Origin: an uncultured Clostridium sp.
Lineage (GTDB): Bacteria > Bacillota > Clostridia > TANB77 > CAG-508
NCBI GenBank assembly: GCA_946545015.1
Contig: CAMNMV010000001.1
Location: 26,420-90,419 of the forward strand
Length of the DNA: 64,000 nucleotides
Direction of reading: 5' to 3'
In this document: piece after piece, positions 35,480-44,996 of the stretch
How the letters are laid out: each line of letters opens with the position of its first letter
Position numbering within the stretch: position 1 is the first letter of the stretch
The notes under the pieces: generated by a model
What the model saw: only the letters and a program-made list of their open reading frames with translations
What the model was told of the DNA's origin: nothing
Databases searched by the model: none
Position numbers and translations under genes: made by a program

Positions 35480-35546
35480 TTTTAATATATGATAAGAAAC
35501 ATTTAAATTATTTTAATTATAATAGAAAGAAGGATTCTTTTAAAAT

Positions 35547-36788
35547 ATGCGTAAAATTTTATGTGCTATTTTAGTATTAATCCTTTGCAGTATCTCAATT
35601 TATAGTTTTGCAGAAAATACAATAAGCAATAATGATATAACAGAATTGCAAAAACAACAAAAAGAACTTCAAAATCAAATTCAAGATTATGGGGAACAGT
35701 TAACAGGTGTACAAGGAGAACTTACAGAAAACTTAGAACAAATACAAAAATTGGATGAAAAGATAACTGATACTGAAAAGGAGATTGAAGAATTTAATAA
35801 GAAGATTGAAAAGCTTACTAAAAATATCAAAAATCTTGATGAAAGATTAAAAGTAGCAACAGATAAGTATAATAAACAGAAAAAATTATTAGAAACAAGA
35901 TTAGTTGCTATGTATGAATCAGGGGAAAGCGAATATTTAGATGTATTAGTATCATCAACATCAATGTCTGATTTTGTTTCAAGTTATTTCTTAATATCTG
36001 AAATTGCTTCATATGATACACAACTTTTAAATGAGGTAGATGAGAAAAAACAGATAATAGAAATGGCTAATGAACGTTTAAGTGAAAATTTAGAACAATT
36101 ATCTATAATCAAAAAAAATAAAGAAACAAATTCAAAAATATTACAAAATACTAAGACTTTAAGAGAAAATTATATTTCAAAATTATCTGATAAAGAAAAG
36201 GATATACAAACAAAGATTGATGAGTATAACACACAATTTTCTCAAGTCAATAGAGAAATACTAGAGATTGCTCTGTCAAGTGGTATGTATACAGATTATA
36301 TTGGAGGTGTTATGGCATGGCCTGTTCCAGGCCATACATTGATAACATCACCATATTCAATGAGGGTACATCCAATAACTGGTGTATATAAATTACATAC
36401 TGGTGTAGACATATCTGCACCAATAGGAGCTGATTTTATAGCAACAGCAGATGGTGTAGTAACGAAAGCAAATTATAATGGAGCATATGGAAATATGGTT
36501 ATGATTGACCATGGTGGAGGGATTTCAACATTATATGCACATGGTTCAGAAATATTAGTTCAAGTTGGACAAGTAGTAAAAAGAGGAGAACCAGTATTAA
36601 AAGTTGGATCTACAGGATATTCTACAGGACCACATGCTCATTTCGAAGTAAGAATAAATGGAGTTCCAACAAATCCAATGGATTATATAACAGGAAATAA
36701 AATACCAGGAATTCTAGATAAACAAGAAGAAAAGTTAGATGAAGAAACAGATACAACAAGTAATAATAACACAACTGAGAATAATTAA
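35547..36788 (+). CDS. Coiled-coil M23 (LytM) family peptidase, EnvC/PcsB-like putative FtsEX-regulated murein hydrolase
   Basis: Signal peptide, long coiled-coil region, C-terminal M23 motifs HTGVDI...HFEVR. Confidence 0.85.
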   Translation: MRKILCAILVLILCSISIYSFAENTISNNDITELQKQQKELQNQIQDYGEQLTGVQGELTENLEQIQKLDEKITDTEKEIEEFNKKIEKLTKNIKNLDERLKVATDKYNKQKKLLETRLVAMYESGESEYLDVLVSSTSMSDFVSSYFLISEIASYDTQLLNEVDEKKQIIEMANERLSENLEQLSIIKKNKETNSKILQNTKTLRENYISKLSDKEKDIQTKIDEYNTQFSQVNREILEIALSSGMYTDYIGGVMAWPVPGHTLITSPYSMRVHPITGVYKLHTGVDISAPIGADFIATADGVVTKANYNGAYGNMVMIDHGGGISTLYAHGSEILVQVGQVVKRGEPVLKVGSTGYSTGPHAHFEVRINGVPTNPMDYITGNKIPGILDKQEEKLDEETDTTSNNNTTENN

Positions 36789-36835
36789 AATATACGAAAT
36801 ATAATTGGGGGATTAATTATTAAAGGGAGGAACCT

Positions 36836-38044
36836 ATGAAAAATATGTTAAAAAGAATAATAGGAATTTTATTAATTATAGTACTTATGCTGTATACAAA
36901 TGTTTCTATTGCAAATAATGATTATACATCAGAGCAAAATCAAAAAAATGAAAACAATAAAAAAATAAATGAGATAAAAGAGAAAGAAAAAGAACTTGAA
37001 AATATTAAGGATTCAACATTAAAAGAAGTAGAAAAATTAAATATTGAAATAAATGAATATCAAAAACAAATTGATGTATTAAATGATGAAATTTCTGATA
37101 CCAATAAAAAAATTAGTGATGCTGAGGAAAAATTAAAAAAATCACAAGAGGATTATGAAAAACAAGAAGAATTATTAAAAGCAAGATTAGTAGCAGCATA
37201 TGAAGCAGGAGAAACATCATATTTAGATGTTTTACTATCATCAGAAAGTATAACTGATTTCATATCAAATTATTATTTAATATCTGAAGTTGCCACATAT
37301 GATTCAGAATTATTAGATAAAATAGAAAAGGAAAAACAAGCTATTGCTAATGCTAAGGAAACTTTAGAACAAAGTAAAAGAGAATTAGATACTAAAAAGG
37401 CTAGTAAGCAAAGTGCTACATTACAACTTCAAACTTCAAAAAATAGTAAAAATAAATATGTTTCAGAGTTAACAGAAGAGCAAAAAGGGTTACAAGCTAA
37501 AATTGATCAATTAAGAAAAGACAATGAAAGTTTAGATGCAGCAATTAGTGCGAAAAAAGCAGCAATTGAGGCATGGAAAAGACAGCAAAATTCTGGTGGA
37601 AGTTCAAATAATGGTGGAAGTTCATCAAATTATTCAGGTTCAAAAAGCTCATCAGGATTTATAAAACCTGTAAACAGTTATGTTACAACTGGAATGTATT
37701 ATTCAAGCGGAGGATACCATGGAGCTGTCGATTTTGGAGCATCAGGTGTAAATGGTATGCCAGTATATGCTGTTGCAGATGGATATGTAGTAATGACAAG
37801 AGCATTAACAACAAGTTATGGAAATTATATTATAATTGCACATCCAAATGGTTTATATACTCTTTATGCACATGGGCAAGCAGGTTCTATATGTGTATCT
37901 GAAGGTCAAACAGTAAAACAAGGACAACAAATAATGAGGGTAGGAAGTACAGGGAATTCATCTGGACCACATTTACATTTTGAAGTAAGAACAAGTCCAG
38001 GTACATATAGTTGTAGGGTAAATCCACTGTCATATTTACCATAA
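36836..38044 (+). CDS. Second coiled-coil M23 (LytM) family peptidase
   Basis: Signal peptide, coiled coil, Gly/Ser-rich linker, M23 motifs HGAVDF...HLHFEVR. Confidence 0.85.
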   Translation: MKNMLKRIIGILLIIVLMLYTNVSIANNDYTSEQNQKNENNKKINEIKEKEKELENIKDSTLKEVEKLNIEINEYQKQIDVLNDEISDTNKKISDAEEKLKKSQEDYEKQEELLKARLVAAYEAGETSYLDVLLSSESITDFISNYYLISEVATYDSELLDKIEKEKQAIANAKETLEQSKRELDTKKASKQSATLQLQTSKNSKNKYVSELTEEQKGLQAKIDQLRKDNESLDAAISAKKAAIEAWKRQQNSGGSSNNGGSSSNYSGSKSSSGFIKPVNSYVTTGMYYSSGGYHGAVDFGASGVNGMPVYAVADGYVVMTRALTTSYGNYIIIAHPNGLYTLYAHGQAGSICVSEGQTVKQGQQIMRVGSTGNSSGPHLHFEVRTSPGTYSCRVNPLSYLP

Positions 38045-38063
38045 ATCGAAATAAAATAATATT

Positions 38064-38103
38064 AATCGCCGTCAATTAGATTAACGTCGGCGATTGATTT
38101 TAT
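38064..38103 (+). terminator. Rho-independent terminator (AATCGCCG...CGGCGATT-GATTTTAT)
   Basis: GC-rich 8-bp stem in AT-rich context plus U-tract. Confidence 0.6.
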
Positions 38104-38157
38104 ACTAAACTAACAGAAGGGAGGAAGCCTATAAAAAATAATTAGGCTTTTGGATAA

Positions 38158-39381
38158 ATGGAAGATAATAAAAACAGTAAAAAGAGTTTTAAATGTAATA
38201 TACCGGTAATTCTTATAACAGCGCTTACAACTTGCTTACTTACAATTATAGTGATATTTGCATTTGTTATAAAGGGTGAATCAATAGGAAAATATGTATT
38301 TGTACAAGATTCTAAAGAAGGTGAAGAAATTTCTTCAGAATTAAAAAAATACAAAACAATAGTTGATCAATATTTTTTAGGTGATGTAGATGAAAACAAA
38401 ATGAAAGAAGGAGCAATAAAAGGATATATTGAAGGATTAGATGATCCATATACAGAGTATATGACTAAAGATGAAATGAAAAACTTTATGGAAGATACAA
38501 AAGGTAATTTCGTTGGAATTGGTATATATATGACATCTGATAAAACAGTTGACTTAATAAAAGTATTAGCAACAATGAAAGGTTCGCCAGCTGAAAAAGT
38601 AGGAATAAAAGCTGGAGACTATATAAAAACTGTAAATGGCGAAAAATATACATCAGCAGATTTAACAACTATTTCAAATAAAATAAAAGGTGAAGAAGGA
38701 ACTAAAGTTAAATTAGAAATAGTAAGAGATAATGAAACTTTAGAGTTTGAAGTTGTTAGAGAAAAAATCGATGTTAAACAAGTTGATGGAAAAGTATTAA
38801 AAGATAATATAGGATATATTGATATATCATCATTTGATGAATCAACAGCAAATGAATTTAAAGAAAAATTTGAAGAACTAAACAAACAAAATTTAAAAGG
38901 GTTGATAATTGATTTAAGAAATAATGGTGGAGGAATTGTAAGTGAAGCTTTAAAAATTGCGGATTTTATAGCAGATAAAGATTCTGTATTATTATATGAA
39001 GTTGATAAAAATCAAAAAGAAGTAGTAAAAAAAGCAAATAGCAATCCAATTATAAAAATGCCAGTAGTAATTTTAACAAATGAAAATACGGCAAGTGCAT
39101 CAGAAATTTTAGCTGGAGCATTAAAAGATTTAGGAAAAGCAAAAACAGTTGGAACAAAAACATATGGAAAAGGAGTAATCCAAGAGATTTTAACATTAAC
39201 AGATGGTAGTGGATTAAAAATAACTACTGAAGAATATAAAACTCCTAATAAAACAAAAATACACAAAGTTGGAATTGAACCAGATGAGAAAGTTGAATTA
39301 CCAGAAAAATTAAAAAATAATGTTATAGTAAATGAAGAAGATGATGTACAATTGCAAAAAGCAATAGAGATGTTGAAATAA
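38158..39381 (+). CDS. ctpA: Carboxy-terminal processing protease (S41 family, PDZ domain)
   Basis: N-terminal TM, PDZ segment (GSPAEKVGIKAGDYI), S41 core (GLIIDLRNNGGG...TASASE). Confidence 0.88.
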   Translation: MEDNKNSKKSFKCNIPVILITALTTCLLTIIVIFAFVIKGESIGKYVFVQDSKEGEEISSELKKYKTIVDQYFLGDVDENKMKEGAIKGYIEGLDDPYTEYMTKDEMKNFMEDTKGNFVGIGIYMTSDKTVDLIKVLATMKGSPAEKVGIKAGDYIKTVNGEKYTSADLTTISNKIKGEEGTKVKLEIVRDNETLEFEVVREKIDVKQVDGKVLKDNIGYIDISSFDESTANEFKEKFEELNKQNLKGLIIDLRNNGGGIVSEALKIADFIADKDSVLLYEVDKNQKEVVKKANSNPIIKMPVVILTNENTASASEILAGALKDLGKAKTVGTKTYGKGVIQEILTLTDGSGLKITTEEYKTPNKTKIHKVGIEPDEKVELPEKLKNNVIVNEEDDVQLQKAIEMLK

Positions 39382-39404
39382 ATTAAAGTTAGAGAGGAAA
39401 CAAT

Positions 39405-40001
39405 ATGAATTTACCCAATAAATTAACAATTTTTAGAATTATATTAGTTCCAATTATGGTGATAATACCATATTTAGGTATTCAAGGAACTTTATATGAT
39501 ATACCAATATCATTAATAATAATGGATATAATATTTATAATTGCATCTATTACAGATAAATTAGATGGATATTTAGCAAGAAAAAATAATCAAATAACTA
39601 CATTTGGAAAATTTTTAGATCCATTAGCAGATAAGATATTAGTTCTTTCTGCTATGTTAATTCTTGTTGATTTAAGTGCATTTAAATTACCAGTATGGAT
39701 ACCAATTATTGTTTTAGCAAGAGAATTTATTGTTTCAGGATATAGATTGGTAGCAGTAGAAAAAGGTGGAAAAGTAATTGCAGCATCTACTTGGGGAAAA
39801 TTAAAAACTGTTACTCAAATGGTGGCAATAATATTTGCATTTGTTGATGTAAATGCTTTTGGTACATGTTTTAATGGAACATTACAAGGATTTGCACTTG
39901 TATTAAATATTTTTACAACATTAATGATGATAATTCAAACAATTGCTACAGTATTTTCAGGATATGATTATTTAAAAGGTGCTAAAGACTTGTTAAAATA
40001 A
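39405..40001 (+). CDS. pgsA: CDP-diacylglycerol--glycerol-3-phosphate 3-phosphatidyltransferase
   Basis: LPNKLTIFRI start and the DxxDGxxAR motif (DKLDGYLAR). Confidence 0.88.
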   Translation: MNLPNKLTIFRIILVPIMVIIPYLGIQGTLYDIPISLIIMDIIFIIASITDKLDGYLARKNNQITTFGKFLDPLADKILVLSAMLILVDLSAFKLPVWIPIIVLAREFIVSGYRLVAVEKGGKVIAASTWGKLKTVTQMVAIIFAFVDVNAFGTCFNGTLQGFALVLNIFTTLMMIIQTIATVFSGYDYLKGAKDLLK

Positions 40002-40092
40002 TTTTATAAAATTATCTTGACAAAATATCAAAACTGCCGTAATATATAAAAAGATTTTAAAGACAATGCTTTATGGGGAAGGAGAATTTAAA

Positions 40093-40569
40093 ATGGAAGA
40101 AAAAGAAGTAATATTAACTCAAGAAGGGTTTGATAAATTAGAAAAAGAATTAAATTATTTAAGAACAGAAAAAAGAGCTGAAATTGCAGAAAGAATAAAA
40201 GTTGCATTAGGATTTGGTGATTTATCAGAAAATTCAGAATATGATGAAGCTAAAAATGCACAAGCAGAAAATGAAGCTAAAATCGCTGAATTTGAAAATA
40301 AAGTTAGACATGCAAAAATAATAGATGAAAAAGAAATAGATACAGAAACTGTTCAAATAGGAAATACTATTAAAGTTTTAGATGTAGAATTTGATGAAAA
40401 GTTAGATTATACAATAGTTGGATCAACAGAAGTAAATCTTGCTGAAAATAAAATTTCTAATGAATCACCTTTAGGAAAGGCTTTATTAGGTGCAAGAAAA
40501 AATGAAACAGTAGAAGTAAATGCACCAGCTGGTATTATGAAATATAAAGTATTAGCTATAAAAAAATAG
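40093..40569 (+). CDS. greA: Transcription elongation factor GreA
   Basis: LTQEGFDKLEKELNYLR...DLSENSEYDEAK and C-terminal FKBP-like domain. RBS GGGGAAGGAG upstream of ATG 40093. Confidence 0.9.
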   Translation: MEEKEVILTQEGFDKLEKELNYLRTEKRAEIAERIKVALGFGDLSENSEYDEAKNAQAENEAKIAEFENKVRHAKIIDEKEIDTETVQIGNTIKVLDVEFDEKLDYTIVGSTEVNLAENKISNESPLGKALLGARKNETVEVNAPAGIMKYKVLAIKK

Positions 40570-40584
40570 AATAAAAGGTAAATA

Positions 40585-40618
40585 AAAAATGATAGAAAAA
40601 CTATCATTTTTTATTTTA
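40585..40618. terminator. Bidirectional intrinsic terminator between greA (+) and deoD (-)
   Basis: AAAAATGATAG-AAAAA-CTATCATTTTTT hairpin. Confidence 0.7.
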
Positions 40619-40629
40619 CAATTTTTATT

Positions 40630-41352
40630 TTATAATTTTATAGCACTTTCTAATGCTAATTTAATCATAGCATTTAATCCATTTTGTCTTTGTTCAGGTG
40701 ATAACCCTTTTTTATTTGTTAGTGTATCAACAACACTTAATAGACAAGCTGCATTTTTCCCTTCTCTTTTTGCATTATAGAATAAAGAAAATGCTTCCAT
40801 TTCACATGCGCTAAGTTTAGGGGAACTAGGTAATCTAGCTAACATTTTATCAAGTTCTGGAATATATGGATCAAAACATTCATTACAAAGTGATGATGCT
40901 TTTGTACATTTGATACCTATTTCATTTGAAGTGGATTCTATAATTAAATTTAAATAAGAACTTGAATCTTCAAGATGCTTATCAATACTATCTAGACTTA
41001 ATGCATAATTACTTTCTGTATATGATTTATCAACTAAGATTAAATCTAATAAATCTAAATCTTCTACTAAAGATCCACAAGTACCTATACGTATTATATT
41101 TTCAACATTATAAAAATGATAAAGTTCATATGAGTAAATTCCCATACTTGGTATTCCCATTCCAGAAGCCATAACTGTTAATCTAGTTCCTTTATAGAAA
41201 CCAGTATAAGCAAACATACCTCTTACCTTATTTACAAGTGTTGCATTTTCTAAAAAATTATCAGCAATGTATTTTGCTCTTAATGGATCTCCTGGCATTA
41301 TAACTGTTTTTGCAATTTCATCTATTTGTGCTTCATTATGCGGTGTTGGCAT
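40630..41352 (-). CDS. deoD: Purine nucleoside phosphorylase, DeoD type
   Basis: Collinear with E. coli DeoD by eye (TPHNEAQ...IMPGDPLRAKYIA...RGMFAYTG). RBS GGAGGAA on the - strand. Confidence 0.88.
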   Translation of the reverse strand: MPTPHNEAQIDEIAKTVIMPGDPLRAKYIADNFLENATLVNKVRGMFAYTGFYKGTRLTVMASGMGIPSMGIYSYELYHFYNVENIIRIGTCGSLVEDLDLLDLILVDKSYTESNYALSLDSIDKHLEDSSSYLNLIIESTSNEIGIKCTKASSLCNECFDPYIPELDKMLARLPSSPKLSACEMEAFSLFYNAKREGKNAACLLSVVDTLTNKKGLSPEQRQNGLNAMIKLALESAIKL

Positions 41353-41527
41353 AAAAATTCCTCCTTCGTTTTTAGTATTATCTGTATTATATCATAAAAT
41401 AAATATAATAGTAAAATTAAATAGAATTTATTTAGATTTTAAATAGATTTATTAGGATTTTTAAAACTTTACAAATGGGCTATATTATGGTAAAATAAGC
41501 TTTGAAAAAATTTTTTAGGTGATAAAA

Positions 41528-43378
41528 ATGTTAGAAAAAATTAATTCATCTGAAGACTTAAAAAAATTAAATTTAGATGAAAAACAAATATTAGCTAATG
41601 AAATAAGAAAATATGTATTAGAGGTTGTGTCAAAAAACGGAGGACATTTAGCCTCTAATTTAGGTGTTGTAGAACTTACAATTGCCTTAGAAAGTGTATT
41701 TGATTTACCTAAAGATAAAATTGTTTGGGATGTAGGACATCAAACATATATACATAAAATTATTAATGGAAGAAAAGAAGAATTAAAAAATATAAGAAAA
41801 TTAGGTGGTATTGCTGGATTTCCAAAAACAAACGAAAACAAAGCAGATTGTTTTAATACAGGACATAGTAGTACATCAATATCAGCTGCACTTGGGATGG
41901 CTAGGGCAAGAGATATAAAAAATGAAGAAAATAGTGTAGTGGCAGTAATAGGAGATGGAGCTTTAACAGGAGGAATGGCACTAGAAGCTTTAAACGATGC
42001 AGGTGCTGGAAAGACTAATCTAAAAGTAATATTAAATGATAATGAAATGAGTATTTCACCAAGTATTGGAGGAATGAATAGATTTTTAGGAAAACTAAGA
42101 ACTAAGAGAACATATACAAAATCTAATAATTACATAAAGAAAATAACAAATAAAATCCCTGTAATAGGGAAACCTACTGTAAAGGTTATTAGTAGATTTA
42201 AAAGAAGTATAAAACAATTAATAATTCCAAAAATGTATTTTGAAGATATAGGATTTACATATTTAGGTCCTGTTGATGGGCATAATATAGAAAGATTAGA
42301 AAATATTTTTAAATTAAGTAAAAGAGTTGCAGGGCCTGTTCTTATCCATGTGTTAACTAAAAAAGGAAAAGGTTATAAATTTGCAGAAGAAAATCCAAAT
42401 AAATTTCATGCCATATCACCATTTGATATAGAAACGGGAGAATTAAAAACAAAGAAGGGAAAAGATTATTCTCAAGTGTTTGGTGAAAAATTAGTTGAAC
42501 TTGCAAAAAATAATAAAAATATAGTTGCTATAACTGCATCAATGACAGATGGAACAGGACTTTTGAAATTTAAAGAACAATATCCAGAAAGATTTTTTGA
42601 TGTAGGAATTGCGGAACAACATGCTATAACATTGGCAGCAGGAATGGCTAAAGAGGGGATAATTCCTTTTGTCCCAATATATTCATCTTTTTATCAAAGA
42701 GCTTATGATCAAGTAATACATGATGTAGCTATACAAAACTTACCAGTTATAATGTGTGTTGATAGAGCAGGAATTGTAGGACAAGATGGAGAAACGCACC
42801 AAGGGTTACTGGATATGTCTATGTTTAGATTAATACCTAATTTAACAATTATGGCACCAGCAGATTTTAAAGAATTAGAACAAATGTTGGAATTTGTATT
42901 AGTTCTAAGAAAGCCAGTTGTTATTAGATATCCAAGAGGTGGAGAATCAAATGTTAAAATTGATTCCCATAAAAAGATCGAATTAGGAAAATCTGAAATA
43001 TTGAAAGATGGCAAAGATATAACAATTATAGCAATAGGAAAAACTGTATCAAAAGCTATTGAAATTTCAAAATTGTTAGAAAAACAAAATATAAATGTTG
43101 AAATAATTAATGCTAGATTTTTAAAACCATTTGATACGGAAAAAGTTAAAACTTCAATAATTAAAACAAAAAAGGTTATTACGATTGAAGATGGAACAAA
43201 TATAAATGGTTTAGCAAGTGCAGTGAAAGAGTTAATTATCGATGAAAATTTAAAAGATATTAAATTTAAATCTTTTGCATATCCAGATGAATTTATAAAA
43301 CATGGAAAAGTAAATGAATTAGAAGAAGAATATGGATTAGATTCAAAAAGTATATGTGAATGGATACAAGCAAATTAA
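41528..43378 (+). CDS. dxs: 1-deoxy-D-xylulose-5-phosphate synthase
   Basis: GGHLASNLGVVELTIALESVFDLPKDKIVWDVGHQTY, GDGALTGGMA, the TPP domains and the C-terminal transketolase-like domain. Confidence 0.92.
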   Translation: MLEKINSSEDLKKLNLDEKQILANEIRKYVLEVVSKNGGHLASNLGVVELTIALESVFDLPKDKIVWDVGHQTYIHKIINGRKEELKNIRKLGGIAGFPKTNENKADCFNTGHSSTSISAALGMARARDIKNEENSVVAVIGDGALTGGMALEALNDAGAGKTNLKVILNDNEMSISPSIGGMNRFLGKLRTKRTYTKSNNYIKKITNKIPVIGKPTVKVISRFKRSIKQLIIPKMYFEDIGFTYLGPVDGHNIERLENIFKLSKRVAGPVLIHVLTKKGKGYKFAEENPNKFHAISPFDIETGELKTKKGKDYSQVFGEKLVELAKNNKNIVAITASMTDGTGLLKFKEQYPERFFDVGIAEQHAITLAAGMAKEGIIPFVPIYSSFYQRAYDQVIHDVAIQNLPVIMCVDRAGIVGQDGETHQGLLDMSMFRLIPNLTIMAPADFKELEQMLEFVLVLRKPVVIRYPRGGESNVKIDSHKKIELGKSEILKDGKDITIIAIGKTVSKAIEISKLLEKQNINVEIINARFLKPFDTEKVKTSIIKTKKVITIEDGTNINGLASAVKELIIDENLKDIKFKSFAYPDEFIKHGKVNELEEEYGLDSKSICEWIQAN

Positions 43379-43388
43379 AGGAGAAGAT

Positions 43389-44192
43389 ATGGGAAAACAA
43401 GAAATTTTAAATACTTATAAAAGACAAGAAGATAAAATGTTATTAGCACAAGTATTAGATAAGATTAACATGATGGAAAAATCACAAAAAATTGAAACAA
43501 CAGATTTTTTGGATATGTATCAAATATCTTTAGTTGAAACATTTCTAAAGAAGATAGATTTTAGATATTATATTTTATTCGGAGGATTTGATGATGCTGA
43601 AAGAAAAATATTAATAGTTTATCCAGAAAAATATACTTTAGAAATGATTGAAAAGAATTATAATAAGTTCTTAAAAATAGTTAGAGTTGAACTTTCTGAT
43701 GAAGAAAAAGGAAAATATACTCATAGAAATTACTTAGGCGGAATTGTAAAGCTAGGATTAAAAAGAGAAAAGGTAGGAGATATTTTAGTCTTTGATGATG
43801 GAGCAGATATTATAACTGTAAATGATTTTTCAAAAATATTAGAATCAGAGTTAGGAAGTCTTACAAGATTTCAAAATAGTAAAATAAATAGTTTAGAATT
43901 AAAAGAAATACGAGTTAGAAAATTAGAGGTTGAGGAAATAAAAATAATTGTTCCATCATTGAGATTAGATAATTTTGTATCAGATTTAGCAAGAACTTCT
44001 AGAAGTAAAGCAGTAGAAATTATTGATCAAGAAAGAGTTTTTGTAAATGGGAAAAGTGAAACAAAAGCATCAAAACAAATAAAGAAAGATGATATTTTAA
44101 CAATTAGAGGAAAAGGAAGATTTGTGATAAAAGATTTTGTTGGAAACACAAGAAGCGGAAGAACTGTAGTTTTAGTAGAAAAATATGTATAA
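43389..44192 (+). CDS. YlmH-like RNA-binding protein with C-terminal S4 domain
   Basis: S4 motif region SLRLDNFVSDLARTSRSKAVEIIDQERVFVNGK. RBS AAGGAG upstream of ATG 43389. Confidence 0.6.
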   Translation: MGKQEILNTYKRQEDKMLLAQVLDKINMMEKSQKIETTDFLDMYQISLVETFLKKIDFRYYILFGGFDDAERKILIVYPEKYTLEMIEKNYNKFLKIVRVELSDEEKGKYTHRNYLGGIVKLGLKREKVGDILVFDDGADIITVNDFSKILESELGSLTRFQNSKINSLELKEIRVRKLEVEEIKIIVPSLRLDNFVSDLARTSRSKAVEIIDQERVFVNGKSETKASKQIKKDDILTIRGKGRFVIKDFVGNTRSGRTVVLVEKYV

Positions 44193-44205
44193 GTTCTTAT
44201 ATCTA

Positions 44206-44234
44206 TTGAAAAAATACTAAAAAATTGATATAAT
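44206..44234 (+). promoter_or_regulatory. Consensus extended -10 promoter TTGAAA-17-(TGa)TATAAT
   Basis: TTGAAA at 44206-44211, TGATATAAT at 44226-44234. Confidence 0.6.
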
Positions 44235-44263
44235 ATATAAAACTTTTTATAGGAGGGATTTAT

Positions 44264-44557
44264 ATGAGAGGAAAGATACGGCTTAAGCTAAAGCAATACC
44301 AGCAATATCCTTTAGTAAAAATCCAACTCTTAAGTACTAAATTTGAAGATGGTAAAGACATATTTGTAGTTATTTTAGATATGATTGATAATGCGATTAA
44401 CAATTATAACGGAATAACAGCATATATGGAGAATGATATTTTAAATTTACCAGAACTTAATGAGGAAGATGAATATGGGATTGCTATACATTTGCTGTTT
44501 GAAACTGAAGCGGAGGTTGATAAATTTATTCTCAATTATGTAAATTCTAAGTTTTAA
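44264..44557 (+). CDS. Hypothetical 97-aa protein
   Basis: RBS AGGAGGG, own promoter and own terminator. No recognisable motif. Confidence 0.5.
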   Translation: MRGKIRLKLKQYQQYPLVKIQLLSTKFEDGKDIFVVILDMIDNAINNYNGITAYMENDILNLPELNEEDEYGIAIHLLFETEAEVDKFILNYVNSKF

Positions 44558-44565
44558 AAAAGAAA

Positions 44566-44610
44566 AAAGCTGTTGAAGATTTAGTTATTAAATGTTCAAC
44601 AGCTTTTTGT
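44566..44610 (+). terminator. Rho-independent terminator (AAAAGCTGTTGAA...TTCAACAGCTTTTT)
   Basis: Perfect 13-bp stem plus T-tract. Confidence 0.75.
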
Positions 44611-44639
44611 TTGAAAAAAACACAAAAATATGCTATAAT
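44611..44639 (+). promoter_or_regulatory. Consensus extended -10 promoter TTGAAA-17-(TGc)TATAAT
   Basis: TTGAAA at 44611-44616, TGCTATAAT at 44631-44639. Confidence 0.6.
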
Positions 44640-44672
44640 TAAAACTAATCTAATATATGGAGGTGCTGTAAA

Positions 44673-44954
44673 ATGGCAGACATACTGGTCGGATTTTCGG
44701 AAACACGGGGGTACTATACTCCTACAGTAAAGGTTGATATATTGTTTAGCAAGGATGTGGAACAAAGCGAGCTGATATCATTTATGCTCAAGTTTGTAAA
44801 ATGTAATAAATTACAACTTGTGCCTTGTGAAGAGACCAGCAACAGACCATATCCGAAAGTAAATGTAGATTATCCTAATGGAATCGCAGTATTTGCTCAG
44901 TTCAAGACGATGAGCGAATTAAAGCTGTTCTGTAAGTCATTCCAGATGCCATAA
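44673..44954 (+). CDS. Hypothetical 93-aa protein, GC-elevated (about 45% versus 28% background). A structured ncRNA is an alternative interpretation.
   Basis: RBS GGAGGTG 5 nt upstream of the ATG. The locus is flanked by the promoter at 44611-44639 and the terminator at 44958-44996. Confidence 0.45.
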   Translation: MADILVGFSETRGYYTPTVKVDILFSKDVEQSELISFMLKFVKCNKLQLVPCEETSNRPYPKVNVDYPNGIAVFAQFKTMSELKLFCKSFQMP

Positions 44955-44957
44955 AGC

Positions 44958-44996
44958 AAAACAGTCCGTGCAATATGCTCGGACTGTTTATTTATT
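44958..44996. terminator. Intrinsic terminator (AAACAGTCCG-loop-CGGACTGTTT-ATTTATT), shared with convergent mutS2
   Basis: GC-rich 10-bp stem plus T-tract. Confidence 0.75.

Noticed and set aside
44640-44996. Considered whether the GC-rich 93-codon locus is a known structured RNA (SRP RNA, 6S, tmRNA, RNase P RNA) rather than a protein gene
   Set aside because: I could not find the conserved SRP domain IV, tmRNA 5'/3' ends or RNase P P4 motifs by eye, and a strong RBS sits 5 nt upstream of the ATG. I kept it as a CDS while flagging the ncRNA alternative; a covariance-model scan is needed.
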